DNA of 63,915 nt, filler included, from Candidatus Hydrogenedentota bacterium (GCA_040752395.1; 8 parts of 8 records of this genome joined end to end with filler, not necessarily neighbours in it), one strand, 5' to 3'. Counted from the whole stretch's first letter, positions 50,416-61,100 are shown. Notes: generated by a model from the sequence alone, not told the origin. Made by a program: numbers and translations.

Positions 50416-50510
50416 TTGAAATGTTGAAAAAAATAGTTTTTAATAAGGCGTCGTACAAAAATAATAATCCTCGGATATTATCGCAACCTATGTCCTGGAT
50501 AGGAGGATAG
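50416..50510 (+). repeat. Direct repeat copy 2 (duplicate moaA 3' end abutting moaC)
   Basis: Encodes ...SQPMSWIGG* and ends GGAGGATAG-ATG. Confidence 0.95.
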
Positions 50511-51005
50511 ATGAAACTACCTACAAAGTTCAGTCACTTAACTAAATCTGGGGATGCTCGAATGGTCTCAATATCAAATAAAGAGAAAACGCATCGAATT
50601 GCTATCTCAAAAGCTGAAATAAAAATTAATAAAAAAACAATGAATTTAATACTTAAAAATGAGATCCCCAAGGGCGATATCTTTAGTGTCTCTCGAAACG
50701 CAGGTATTATGGCAGTTAAGAAAACAGCAGAATATATTATTTTAGCACACCCTTTAAATATTACAGCTATTAATATAGACTTTAATATAAATAAAAAAAT
50801 GTCTATCATAGAGGTTGAGGTACGGGTTGAGGCTTTTGACAGGACTGGTGTTGAGATGGAATCGCTTGTTGGAGCAACAGCTGCTTGTTTAAATCTTTAT
50901 GATATGATAAAATCTGTTGATAAATCCGCAAGAATAAATAATATTCGTCTTGTGTATAAAAAAGGTGGTAAAAGTGGCGAGTATATTAGACCGCCTCAAC
51001 TTTAG
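50511..51005 (+). CDS. moaC: Cyclic pyranopterin monophosphate synthase
   Basis: ARMV, KGD, AGIMAVKKT, TGVEME, YDMIKSVDK, KKGGKSG. Confidence 0.95.
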   Translation: MKLPTKFSHLTKSGDARMVSISNKEKTHRIAISKAEIKINKKTMNLILKNEIPKGDIFSVSRNAGIMAVKKTAEYIILAHPLNITAINIDFNINKKMSIIEVEVRVEAFDRTGVEMESLVGATAACLNLYDMIKSVDKSARINNIRLVYKKGGKSGEYIRPPQL

Positions 51006-51053
51006 ACTCTGGACTGATAACTTTTTAAAGCAAGGCATAGGATAAAAGTATAG

Positions 51054-51542
51054 ATGTTAAGAAATTGTTCTATAATTACAGTATCAACCTCGAGAAAAAG
51101 TTTAAAAGTCGATAAATCGGGTAATATCATTCAGAGTTTTTTGAAAAAAAATTACCCTGATCTTAAAATTAACAGATTTATTGTAAAAGATAACGAAAAA
51201 ATTATATTTACGTTATTAAAAAGAAGAGTTATTCTTAAAGATGATTTAGTCCTGACAACTGGTGGGACAGGTTTAAGCCCTGATGACGTGACACCCGAGG
51301 CTACTATGAGAGTTATTAAAAAAGAGGTACCGGCTGTGATTCTCTCGTTGATACTTCCTTTTATTAAAAAGATACCAACCTCTGCACTATCAAGAGCAAA
51401 AGCAGGAATAGCCGGTAAAACATTCATCGTAAATTTACCCGGCTCTCCTTTGGCCTGTAGAGACCAGATGAAAATATTATTAAAATATCTTAACCATGCA
51501 ATGGGAAAAATACAGGGCGATAAGACACCTTGTAGAGTTTGA
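51054..51542 (+). CDS. mog: MogA/MoaB family molybdopterin adenylyltransferase
   Basis: DKSG, TTGGTGLSPDDVTPEAT, LSRA, NLPGSP. Confidence 0.88.
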   Translation: MLRNCSIITVSTSRKSLKVDKSGNIIQSFLKKNYPDLKINRFIVKDNEKIIFTLLKRRVILKDDLVLTTGGTGLSPDDVTPEATMRVIKKEVPAVILSLILPFIKKIPTSALSRAKAGIAGKTFIVNLPGSPLACRDQMKILLKYLNHAMGKIQGDKTPCRV

Positions 51543-51703
51543 TTATGTTTGGATTATTTGATAGACTTTTCAAAAGAGAAAAAAGGGTGTCCCCGATTAG
51601 AAATGTCGCCTGGCTTATCTCGATAAGACTCTATATTTTTTTCACTATTTTAGTGATAATATTATTAATTTATCTATTTATTTTTATCTAATTGAATTCA
51701 GTC

Positions 51704-51865
51704 TGTAACCACTCAGGTATAGATGATATAATAGAGGCAAGAAGCAAGATAACGGAAAGAAAGATAACGAAAGGCCCAGAGGCACAAAGTATGAAAAACT
51801 AAAGATGATATGTTGGCTTCAGGCTCCGGGCTTCGGGCTCCAGCCGGCTGTAGTCCGTAGCCTGT
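51704..51865 (+). repeat. Mosaic element at contig end
   Basis: GCAAGAAGCAAGATAACGGAAAG, ATGAAAAACTAAAGATGATATG, CAGCCGGCTG hairpin. Confidence 0.9.
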
Positions 51866-51965
51866 NNNNNNNNNNNNNNNNNNNNNNNNNNNNNNNNNNN
51901 NNNNNNNNNTTAATTAATTAANNNNNNNNNNNNNNNNNNNNNNNNNNNNNNNNNNNNNNNNNNNN
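51866..51965. other. Artificial contig linker
   Basis: N44-TTAATTAATTAA-N44. Confidence 0.99.
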
Positions 51966-52161
51966 GTCGTGAGTCAAAACAGGACTCGAGACTCAAGACT
52001 CAAGACTCAAGACTTTTCAGCAGGCTCCGGGCTTCGGGCTCCAGCCGGCTGTAGTCCGTAGCCTGTAGCCTGTAGCCTGTCCTGATACCTCTCACTTCTT
52101 CCGTTATCTTGCTTCTTGCTTCTATTTGATATTATTAGAGTTACAACGTTTTTCAGAGGAG
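51966..52161 (+). repeat. Mosaic element supplying the SD of udp
   Basis: Same modules as 37045-37200, ending TTTTTCAGAGGAG. Confidence 0.92.
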
Positions 52162-52169
52162 GGTTATGT

Positions 52170-52925
52170 ATGCAAAAGAATAAAGAATATCATATTGGAC
52201 TTGGTAAAGGTGATATAGGTAAATATGTTTTGCTACCTGGAGACCCGGGTAGAGTCCCTATAATCGCTTCATATTTCGATAAAGCTAAAGAGGTTGCGTT
52301 TAACCGTGAATATCGTACGTTTACCGGTTATGTTGACAGCATAAAGATATCATCGACCTCGACTGGTATCGGCTGTCCCTCGACTGCGATCGCTGTCGAA
52401 GAACTCATTAAATGTGGTGCTGAAGTTTTTATAAGAATAGGTACAGCTGGTGCCTTACAGAAAGAAGTGAAATTAGGTGACGTTACCATTACAACTGCTT
52501 CTGTAAGAGAAGAAGGTACCACTCGCCAGTACGTGCCTCTGAGTTATCCTGCGGTCGCTGACCTCGACGTAACCCTGGCATTACGGGAAGCTGCAAAAAG
52601 ATTAAAGATACGTGCTCATACCGGTATCTCGCATTGTAAAGATGCGTTTTATACCGAAGGTAAAGACATGGATGAACTACCAAACGGTATTATCACACGC
52701 CAGAAATGGGATGCCTGGTATAAATCCAATGTGCTCTCCACCTCAATGGAATCAGCAGCACTCTTTGTAGTATCATCCATAAGAAAGAAAAAAGCAGGTG
52801 AGGTTATGGCTATAATCGGACTTACTTATGATGATGCACCTATTGTAAAAAAAGTAGGTATCGACGAAGCTATCAGAGTAGCGATCGAATCAGTTAAAAT
52901 ATTGAATAAAGAAATGAAGATTTAA
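52170..52925 (+). CDS. udp: Uridine phosphorylase family nucleoside phosphorylase
   Basis: YHIGL, LPGDPGR, NREY, STGIGCPS, RIGTAG, MESAA; start moved to ATG 52170. Confidence 0.85.
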   Translation: MQKNKEYHIGLGKGDIGKYVLLPGDPGRVPIIASYFDKAKEVAFNREYRTFTGYVDSIKISSTSTGIGCPSTAIAVEELIKCGAEVFIRIGTAGALQKEVKLGDVTITTASVREEGTTRQYVPLSYPAVADLDVTLALREAAKRLKIRAHTGISHCKDAFYTEGKDMDELPNGIITRQKWDAWYKSNVLSTSMESAALFVVSSIRKKKAGEVMAIIGLTYDDAPIVKKVGIDEAIRVAIESVKILNKEMKI

Positions 52926-52947
52926 GTCGAGCTCAGAATAATAGGTC

Positions 52948-54165
52948 TTAATTAATCCTCATTGCTTCTTTATCAACAACCTTGCCATGACTGATGGTAT
53001 AAAGCGGCTGTTTGTGATACATAAATGTCTCGTAAACTGATTTTGCATCAAGCACCACGAGATGCGCATCATTACCCTCTTTCAGCCCATACTTTTTTAT
53101 ATTCATAGCCCTTGCTGCATCAATGGTTATCATATCATACACTTTCTCCATCTCGCCGAAGGTGGTCATCCAGAGCAAATGAATATTTAAAAACCCGACT
53201 TCAAGCTGACTATTCTGACCAAAAGGATAGTAAGCGTCAGCGATATCATCCTGTCCAAAAACCACAAGCGCATTTTCAGCTATCATCTCTTTCACTTTTG
53301 CGTGCAAAGGTCCTGTATGCGGGTCACTGACCACACCGAGCTCGGCTTTCTTAAGAAGCGCGACAAGTTTTCTGAAATATGGTTCAGGATACAGCCCCAT
53401 AGCTCTTGCATGATGCGCAAGAGAACGGCCTATCCTTTCCTCTTCCAGTGTTTTCAAGGTGAGCATTTCAAGGGTACGCAGTCCCGGGTCACCTGCGTCG
53501 TCAACCAGCATCGAAATATCTGCATCGTATTGTTTGGCTATTTTCATCATCTGGTTTATATGTTCCTGTGCGTCTTTATCCGTGTATTCGATCCATGGTA
53601 TACCGCCAACCACATTGGCACCGAGGTCCATCGCTTTTTTAATAAGGTCAGTGGTTCCCGGTTCACGCACAACGCCATCCTGCGGGAATGCAACAACCTG
53701 GACATCTACGATACCTTTGAATTCGTCTCTTGCTTTGAGTAGTGCTTTGAGCCCGATAAGTTTTGCTTTCGAGTCAACATCAGCAAATGCCCGCAGATGC
53801 GTTGTGCCGTTTAATGCCGCGAGCTTTAACGCTTTCCTCACGTTCTCTATAATCCATCTCTCGTCATACCTCTCTTTTATACGTGCAGCCAGTTCTATAG
53901 CAGTCATGGCAGCACCCATATCTTTGCCGTGGTATGATTTCAAAGCAAGTTCATCCATCATAGTCAGCGTATAAACCTTACATAAATGCAGGTGTGGATT
54001 GACAAATGATTCGGTAACAAGATTCCCTGCGGCATTGATTTCAGAACCCCCTTTCTCTTTTATCTTTTTCTCGATCTTTTTAATCACTCCTTTACTGATA
54101 CCAATATCAACTTTTGATTTACTGGTTCTTATTTTTGCATTACGAATAATAATGTCGTATACCAT
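52948..54165 (-). CDS. Cytosine deaminase-like metal-dependent amidohydrolase
   Basis: NPHLHLCK, VVAFPQDG, VGGIP, GQDDIADAYYPFG; start moved to ATG 54165. Confidence 0.88.
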   Translation of the reverse strand: MVYDIIIRNAKIRTSKSKVDIGISKGVIKKIEKKIKEKGGSEINAAGNLVTESFVNPHLHLCKVYTLTMMDELALKSYHGKDMGAAMTAIELAARIKERYDERWIIENVRKALKLAALNGTTHLRAFADVDSKAKLIGLKALLKARDEFKGIVDVQVVAFPQDGVVREPGTTDLIKKAMDLGANVVGGIPWIEYTDKDAQEHINQMMKIAKQYDADISMLVDDAGDPGLRTLEMLTLKTLEEERIGRSLAHHARAMGLYPEPYFRKLVALLKKAELGVVSDPHTGPLHAKVKEMIAENALVVFGQDDIADAYYPFGQNSQLEVGFLNIHLLWMTTFGEMEKVYDMITIDAARAMNIKKYGLKEGNDAHLVVLDAKSVYETFMYHKQPLYTISHGKVVDKEAMRIN

Positions 54166-54173
54166 CGTAAGAC

Positions 54174-54462
54174 CTCCTCTGAAAAACATTGTAACTCTAA
54201 TGATATCAAGTAGAAGCAAGAGGCAAGAAAACGTCTGAATCTCCTCTGAAAAACTTCGCAACCCTAATAATTTGGGCTACAGGCTACAGGCTACGGACTC
54301 CAGCCAGGTGGAGCAAAAAGCCCAAAGCCTGCTGAAAAGTCTTGAGTCTCGAGTCCTGTTTTGACTCACGACTTGCGACTCACGACTCTTTTTATATCAT
54401 CTTTAGTTTTTCATACGTTGTGTAGAGCGCAACCCGCGCTCATGTTGACTCCTATGAAAAAG
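54174..54462 (-). repeat. Mosaic element with two TTTTCAGAGGAG ends
   Basis: Revcomp carries REP, GAGTC/GACTC hairpin and two SD modules (54174-54203, 54241-54270). Confidence 0.92.
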
Positions 54463-54469
54463 TTACAAG

Positions 54470-54949
54470 TTAGATTCTACGACCTTTTAAATATTTTTGT
54501 GCTAATTTAGCTCCCTCGAAAATCGCTTCGTAACCCGTACATCTGCAAAAATGCTGAACAAGTTTATCTGTAATTTCATCTTCGGTTGCATCGATATTTT
54601 TAGTGTACAAAGCATAGAGTTCCATAACTATTCCCGGTATACAGAACCCGCATTGTACCGCACCGGCATCAATAAGAGCTTTCTGTACCGAATGAAGTTC
54701 TGTGCCTTTACATAATCCTTCTATTGTTACCACCTCTGCGCCATCCAGTTTTGATGCAGGTATTATACAACTTTTTTTTGCGTCACCGTTTATAACAACC
54801 ATGCAAGCACCACAGGTAGCATCATCGCATCCTTTTTTAGTACCTGTCAGGTCAAGATAATCACGTAACACATCTATAGCTCGTTCCCAGCCCTGTATCT
54901 CAACACTTCTTTTTACACCATTAACCGTAAAATTTATCTTCGTACCCAT
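54470..54949 (-). CDS. [2Fe-2S] subunit of a xanthine dehydrogenase-family enzyme
   Basis: GTKKGCDDATCGAC, TIEGL, QCGFC, CRCTGY. Confidence 0.95.
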   Translation of the reverse strand: MGTKINFTVNGVKRSVEIQGWERAIDVLRDYLDLTGTKKGCDDATCGACMVVINGDAKKSCIIPASKLDGAEVVTIEGLCKGTELHSVQKALIDAGAVQCGFCIPGIVMELYALYTKNIDATEDEITDKLVQHFCRCTGYEAIFEGAKLAQKYLKGRRI

Positions 54950-55000
54950 TATTGTCCCTCCTATGACAAGTTAAAAGTTAAAAGGTAAAAGTAAAGAATA

Positions 55001-57325
55001 TCATATCATCTCCTTTTCTGCGAGAGCCTGTTTTATTTTTTCAGGAGTGACAGGGATTTCATAGAATTCTACACCTATAGCATCGTATATCGCATTCAGT
55101 ATTGCTGGTGCTACACCAATCACCGGATGTTCCCCTATGCCTCGAGCCCCAAAGGGTCCTATCTCCTCTGGTGTCTCAACAAACTCTACCGTATATTTTC
55201 GTGGTGCATCTTTTATATTTGGGAACCGGTATTTTGCAAAAAACGGATTCAGTATTTTACCTTGAGAATCAAACTTGATCTCCTCATATAAAGTAGCACC
55301 AACCGCCATCATCACACCTCCTACAACCTGACCTCTTAGTTGTTTGGGGTTGATTACACGTCCCACATCAAACGATGATACAAAATGGTCAATTATTATC
55401 TTGCCTGTCTTTTTCTCTATTCTTATCTCGCAGGCCTGTGCACCAAAAGTATATGAAACCCCCATAGTACCCTGTCCATTCGCATCAGGGTTTGAATAAC
55501 GCGGTAAACGACAATCCGAGGTTGTCTGTACTACCTCGCCAATGGTCATACCATTCTCACACATGTATCCTTGCGCAATCTGGCTCACTGCTACACTCGC
55601 ACTCGGGTCATGCCGCAAAAAAACATACTCGCCGTCATATCCCAGCATATCAACATCACAGCGTAACACCTGGGCTGCTGTCTCTTTTAACTTTTGTATT
55701 GCTTTTTCACAGGCACGAACCACCGCCCGACCACCCTGGATTGTAAACATCGAACCTATGGTCTGCCATTCCCAGGGCGAGAACTGGGTATCTATCTCGG
55801 TATAAACCCTGATTCTTTCAGGAGCTATCTTCAGGGTTTCAGCTGCTACCTGTCTTACAACGGTTCGTAGCCCCTGGCCTACCTCAGCACCACTCATATT
55901 AATCGAGACACTGCCATCGACATTAAATTTTAGATAACATCCTTTTGAAGAGAACGGCGCACCTTTTGGTGATTTCATCAGTCCGGCAAAACCTCGACCA
56001 TAATAATAATCATCGTCCTGTTTTGGTTTTGGTTTTGAAAATACTATATTTTTCACAATCTCAGCACATTTTTTTACGTCGCCATTCGATTCCCACAGGT
56101 TTTCACCAAGCGATGTTTTTTTGCCCGGTCCTAAATAATTTTTTTCACGTAACTCAAACGGGCACATATTAAGTTTTCGAGCAAGTATATCCATAAGCCG
56201 TTCCGTGGCGAACTGTGTTTCCTCATGGCCGTATCCACGATAGGCACCCACTGGCGGTGTGTTGGTATATACCGAGTAGCCTTCAAGATAACAGTTTGGA
56301 TATTCATAAACACCAGTAGAGTTATGAGTTGCGCCGATTAGAATATGAACTGCAGTATCTGCATATGCACCCGCAGATTGATATACCGTGGTCTTTAAAG
56401 CAGTAAGTTTACCATCCTTTCTTGCGCCTATTTTCATAATGGTTCTTATGCCATGACCTAACAGCGTACTTGTAAAATCTTCTTTACGCGAAGCTACCCA
56501 TTTTACCGGTCTGCCAGGAACAAAACTTGCTATATACGCTATGGTCTGCTCTACTGTGATATCCGATTTATATCCAAAACAACCTCCAAGTTCAGGAATA
56601 TGCACCCGTACGTCTGAAATCGGAAGACCATACACCCGCGCAATATCCTCTCTTATAATAAACGGACAGATTGATGAAGACCAGATTTCTATGGTTTTAT
56701 CTTCGTGGAACCATACTATAGAACCATGAGGTTCAATCGCAGCGCAGGAACCATATGGATAATAAAACTCTCCCTCTACCACTACATCTGCTTCCTTAAA
56801 TCCTTTCTCAATATCGCCTTTTTTTAAAGTATATGTATTGGCAATATTTGTGCCTGGTATGGGACCTATGCCAGGCAGATGCCAGAACTCACCACTGTTT
56901 TCATGTATCAGCATAGCATCCTTTTTCATAGCCTCACGTGCGTCTATATATACTGGTAAAGGTTCATATTCTACTTTTATTTTTTTCATAGCCTGGTTTG
57001 CAAGATATGGGTTCTCCGCAATAACTGCAGCCAGTGGTTCGCCAATATGACGTACCCTGTCAACAGCCATAGGTGTTAAATCTCGTATATTATCACCATA
57101 TCTGAAATTACATCCTTTGCCTGTCACTACTTTTACTACACCATCGCATCTTTCAGCCTCTTTAGTATCTATGGAAATAATTTTAGCATGAGCATATTCG
57201 GGCCGTAGAATCGCAGTATGCAACATCCCATGCAGTTTTATATCAGCAAGAAAAAACGCTTTACCTGTAACTTTTTTAACAGCATCCGGCCGCGGGATAT
57301 CCTTGCCAATATATTTAAACTCCAT
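55001..57325 (-). CDS. Xanthine dehydrogenase-family molybdopterin-binding subunit
   Basis: KVTGKA, GGCFGYK, AYRGYG, EVGQG, GPFGARGIGE; ATG 57325 with SD GGAGGAG. Confidence 0.95.
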   Translation of the reverse strand: MEFKYIGKDIPRPDAVKKVTGKAFFLADIKLHGMLHTAILRPEYAHAKIISIDTKEAERCDGVVKVVTGKGCNFRYGDNIRDLTPMAVDRVRHIGEPLAAVIAENPYLANQAMKKIKVEYEPLPVYIDAREAMKKDAMLIHENSGEFWHLPGIGPIPGTNIANTYTLKKGDIEKGFKEADVVVEGEFYYPYGSCAAIEPHGSIVWFHEDKTIEIWSSSICPFIIREDIARVYGLPISDVRVHIPELGGCFGYKSDITVEQTIAYIASFVPGRPVKWVASRKEDFTSTLLGHGIRTIMKIGARKDGKLTALKTTVYQSAGAYADTAVHILIGATHNSTGVYEYPNCYLEGYSVYTNTPPVGAYRGYGHEETQFATERLMDILARKLNMCPFELREKNYLGPGKKTSLGENLWESNGDVKKCAEIVKNIVFSKPKPKQDDDYYYGRGFAGLMKSPKGAPFSSKGCYLKFNVDGSVSINMSGAEVGQGLRTVVRQVAAETLKIAPERIRVYTEIDTQFSPWEWQTIGSMFTIQGGRAVVRACEKAIQKLKETAAQVLRCDVDMLGYDGEYVFLRHDPSASVAVSQIAQGYMCENGMTIGEVVQTTSDCRLPRYSNPDANGQGTMGVSYTFGAQACEIRIEKKTGKIIIDHFVSSFDVGRVINPKQLRGQVVGGVMMAVGATLYEEIKFDSQGKILNPFFAKYRFPNIKDAPRKYTVEFVETPEEIGPFGARGIGEHPVIGVAPAILNAIYDAIGVEFYEIPVTPEKIKQALAEKEMI

Positions 57326-57393
57326 ATATCTCCTCCAGTAGTTTAGTATATTAAAGAATAATAATATGTAATTATTCGTCAAGATTTTTCTGG

Positions 57394-57422
57394 TTGACTT
57401 TTACGATAGGTTTTTCTATAAA
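57394..57422 (+). promoter_or_regulatory. sigma70 promoter, probable leaderless cdd mRNA
   Basis: TTGACT-17bp-TATAAA, ATG 6 bp downstream, no SD. Confidence 0.55.
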
Positions 57423-57428
57423 GTCTTT

Positions 57429-57872
57429 ATGAAAAAAATTGAGTATGCTACTTTAACTGAGATAGAAAAAAAACTAATTATAGAAGCGATAAAGACACGT
57501 GAGAATGCATATTCTCCTTATTCACAATATAAAGTTGGTGCCGCGGTTCTTGATATTAATAATAATATACATACAGGCTGTAATGTAGAAAGTGCAGATT
57601 ATACATTGACCACCCACGCTGAAATGTTAGCAATAGATTCAATGGTAAAATCTGGTGTTACAAAGGTAAAAGAGGTTGCGGTGGTTGTAAAATCAGATGT
57701 AGGTTATGGATTCCCCTGTGGTCTATGTAGACAGAAGATCCGTGAGTTCGCTTTAAACGATGATATTATAATATATGGGGTCAATCTTGACCGAGACAAA
57801 AAAATAAAGGATGTTTACAGTGCTTTACTGAGTGAACTACTCCCTGGTTCTTTTGGCCCTGAGTTTCTATAA
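57429..57872 (+). CDS. cdd: Cytidine deaminase
   Basis: AYSPYS, VGAA, GCNVE, HAE, PCGLCRQ, LLPGSFG. Confidence 0.95.
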   Translation: MKKIEYATLTEIEKKLIIEAIKTRENAYSPYSQYKVGAAVLDINNNIHTGCNVESADYTLTTHAEMLAIDSMVKSGVTKVKEVAVVVKSDVGYGFPCGLCRQKIREFALNDDIIIYGVNLDRDKKIKDVYSALLSELLPGSFGPEFL

Positions 57873-58002
57873 GGCAGTGCCTTAACCCATTCTGCCATTT
57901 GAAATCTGCTATGCCATACTGCAAAGACAAATTCTACTCGGAAAAAGTAAAAACCATCTTTGCCAAAGAGACGGATAAGGCAGTGCCTTAACCCATTCTG
58001 CC
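57870..58002 (+). repeat. 106-bp-period tandem element with palindromic head TAAGGCAGTGCCTTA
   Basis: 27-bp identity at 57870-57896 and 57976-58002; truncated by contig end. Confidence 0.85.
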
Positions 58003-58102
58003 NNNNNNNNNNNNNNNNNNNNNNNNNNNNNNNNNNNNNNNNNNNNTTAATTAATTAANNNNNNNNNNNNNNNNNNNNNNNNNNNNNNNNNNNNNNNNNN
58101 NN
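58003..58102. other. Artificial contig linker
   Basis: N44-TTAATTAATTAA-N44. Confidence 0.99.
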
Positions 58103-58160
58103 AAACTATTTTTCTCAGTCAGTTTTCTGAAAAACCTCCTTTTTGAAAAAATGGGATTTT

Positions 58161-61100
58161 TTAAAATATCCATTCGAATCTGGAGTTAAAGCCGAGCGTG
58201 TATTTATCCTGACCGCTCCTTACTTTATCCTGATAATAGCCGCCATTCCCGCTGAAACTTATGTTTATATTCTGCCGCACCCTGTAACTCGCTCCTAAAT
58301 CGAAATTATAATTCCGCGTATCTGTTGTCTTTTTATTATTCTCCTTATGCGTTGTAAAATCGCCCGAGGTTCCACCGGATATTGTAAATTGATTCTGTAT
58401 CTCAATCCCCTTCTTCTTTAATGGCACTTTTATGAAGAACGGTTTATCCATTGAATAGTTGAACCTAAGAGATGGAGACAATTTCTTATCAATTGTTGGA
58501 ACAGAGTTAGGTGCTTTTGACAGAGACTCTGACCTTGAGTAGTTCATATTATAAACAGTATTAAAATTCGAGGTCCATTGAAAGTTCCAGGTCAGTGATG
58601 GCGTAAAACTCTTGCTCTTACTTGAAACATTCTCATTCTCAGAGAAACTGAATCTACTCGATAGATACGTGGATTGCGTCTTCCTGCCAAGCCATTTCCA
58701 GACCTGACCAACATTAAGATTTAAACTCATACCATAATTTAAAGCATCACTAACAGATTCACTACTTAGATCCAGCAAATTATTGGTTATTTTAGAGACA
58801 TTGTATGAGATACTTAATGGTTGTATCGTATAAATGTTGCCATCATAATTGTGTGTTATAACAGTGGATGCACTCTGCCTGTTTGATGAAATATAATCTG
58901 TATTAAACTCTATTTTAGACTCTTCAAACGGGAATAATCTCTTTCTAATATAATCTTTGTAAATAGAGGAAAAACTCACTCCGCCCTGTAAATTATTATA
59001 TGAAGCTGATAACGCTCTTTTGTAGCTGTATCTTATATCAATAAATTTAAGAAACTTTATTAATTCTGCCGGATAGATCCCGAGTGAAAAATCGAAATTA
59101 CCAGTAAGCCCGGCACTCTTTATCTTATATTGAGCACCAGTAACTCTGCTAAAACTCTCATTATAACCACCTGTTATATTTACTAAAGGGTCAAAGCCTT
59201 TGTATTTCATAAAATCTAAAGAGAATATAACATTGTGGTTTCTGTTTTTAAGTCCATCATACCCTAAAGTTAAATTAGATATAGTCTTCTCACTATTCTG
59301 AGAACCTGAATAACCGTATGTTAGCCAGTTAAAAACCCTGTTCTGGAAAGAGTAAGAATAGTTCTCGGTAGCTGTTTTAGTAAATTCTATCTGGTTAGTT
59401 CTTGAACCGGTATAATAATGGGTTCTGTTATCAGAGTTATTGTAATTACATGATGTATTGAACGATAGTTGTTGACCTATAGGAATAATTTTAAACATTT
59501 TTTTATTAAAAGTATAACTATAACCTGTACTCAGAGATAGAGTGGAATTATCACTTTTTTGTTTATCTTTTTTATAATTTTGTGAGTTATCATTATCTGA
59601 GTATGAAGCAGATACAGTCGGTAGTCTCCAGACTGTGAGACCGCCTGATAAAGACCTGTTTATACTTTTAACCTCACCGAGATCAGAGCGTTTCACTGTT
59701 TCTATATTTTCCTCAAGTTTGGATTCGTTTTCTTGCCATGAGAAATTGAGAGGTAAAGATATACGCCATTTAGACGGGATAAAATTCTCTATCGCTGTAT
59801 TCCCTGATAGAGATTTTGATTTTTGATCTGTATTCACATAAGTATTTGTAACAGGATTATTTATCATCCCAACCCCTCTAAAATCACCGCCTACGTTTCT
59901 AAAACCGCCACTCAGTGACAAATACTTTCCAAATTGCGTAGAGAAAGACAACTTATTAGCACTCCCATCATCTTTTATGATATCTGTTAAAACTATCTCA
60001 TTCAGCCATAGTTCCCCACTTGTTATAGTGACAGCTGTATCTTGATTTTCGAGGATAATTTTAATCTGTTTTATTGTATGTAAACTCGGGTCCCCTAATA
60101 TGGTATAATTACCTGAAAGAGTTGTATCGGTGCTTATAACACCACCCGCAAGCCGCTGAGTTAAAATGTTTTTTACATCATCGAGTTTTATCGTCTCTTT
60201 TGTCCATGTATTAAAAGCAACATTATTTAAATCTGTTGTGTACTGAATATAATTATTATTATCTGCACCGAATTGTAGATGAAGGAGTGGTTCTTTAGGT
60301 AATGCACTGACTTTACGATAAAGATAAAACTCAAGTATCCTATAGTCTGAGAAATCCATAGAACGACTGAAACTAAACCCGCCACCAAGATTTGAGAAAT
60401 CACGTGTAGCGCTCCCTTTTGATGATGGCGGTAGCGAATAAGAAATCTTAAGCGCCTGTTCTTTAACACCAGCTTCTAACCCGTGAATACTCCTGAAATA
60501 ATTATTCTCAACATAGTCTGCATCCTTCTCTGAATTAACAGAAAAGATGACCACGCTATCCTTTAAATCGTCATCCTCAAAATTTGAACCTATGATGCTA
60601 AAATAATCAAAATAAACTGATAACTGTCCGAGGTTTACTGCGGTATTTTTATATATTGTAATTCTTACATCTTTTACAGTTGTTAATGTTGGAGAATTAA
60701 TTTCTGCGGTATCACCATCAATCGGTATCAAAAATCCGAACCACCTGATAGTACCAACACTGGTAAAATTAATATCCACTGTTCTGTTTAAATACGTTTT
60801 CAGTAAATCACCGTAAACAAAATATTTGTTAATACTATCAAGCGAGCCATCATTATCAAGGTCTTCAGAATCAAGGATTCCATTGGGTTTCCCACCTATC
60901 ATCCCCTTCACAATGCCACCAACATTTATTCCCACATCCTCACCTGGATTTAATATATCGTCTCCATTAATATCTTCATCATCGAGTCCATCGTTATCAG
61001 CATCTTCCTGAATAAGTCCGAGTTCTATATAGATTTCAAGATTTGAGGTATCTGTACCTGCTGGTACGCCGAGCCAGAATTCAATCGAGGTATAATCAGA

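Noticed and set aside
49314-50510. Diversity-generating retroelement TR/VR pair
   Set aside because: Mismatches are not adenine-specific and no reverse transcriptase is nearby
52116-52169. N-terminal extensions in the ORF track (also 37165, 54261, 16765, 32854, 57382)
   Set aside because: They run through repeat or promoter DNA; downstream starts with an SD or family-typical N-termini fit better
57870-58002. CRISPR array
   Set aside because: Only two 27-bp repeats, a 79-bp spacer that is itself homologous to the 32855-32945 copy, and no cas genes
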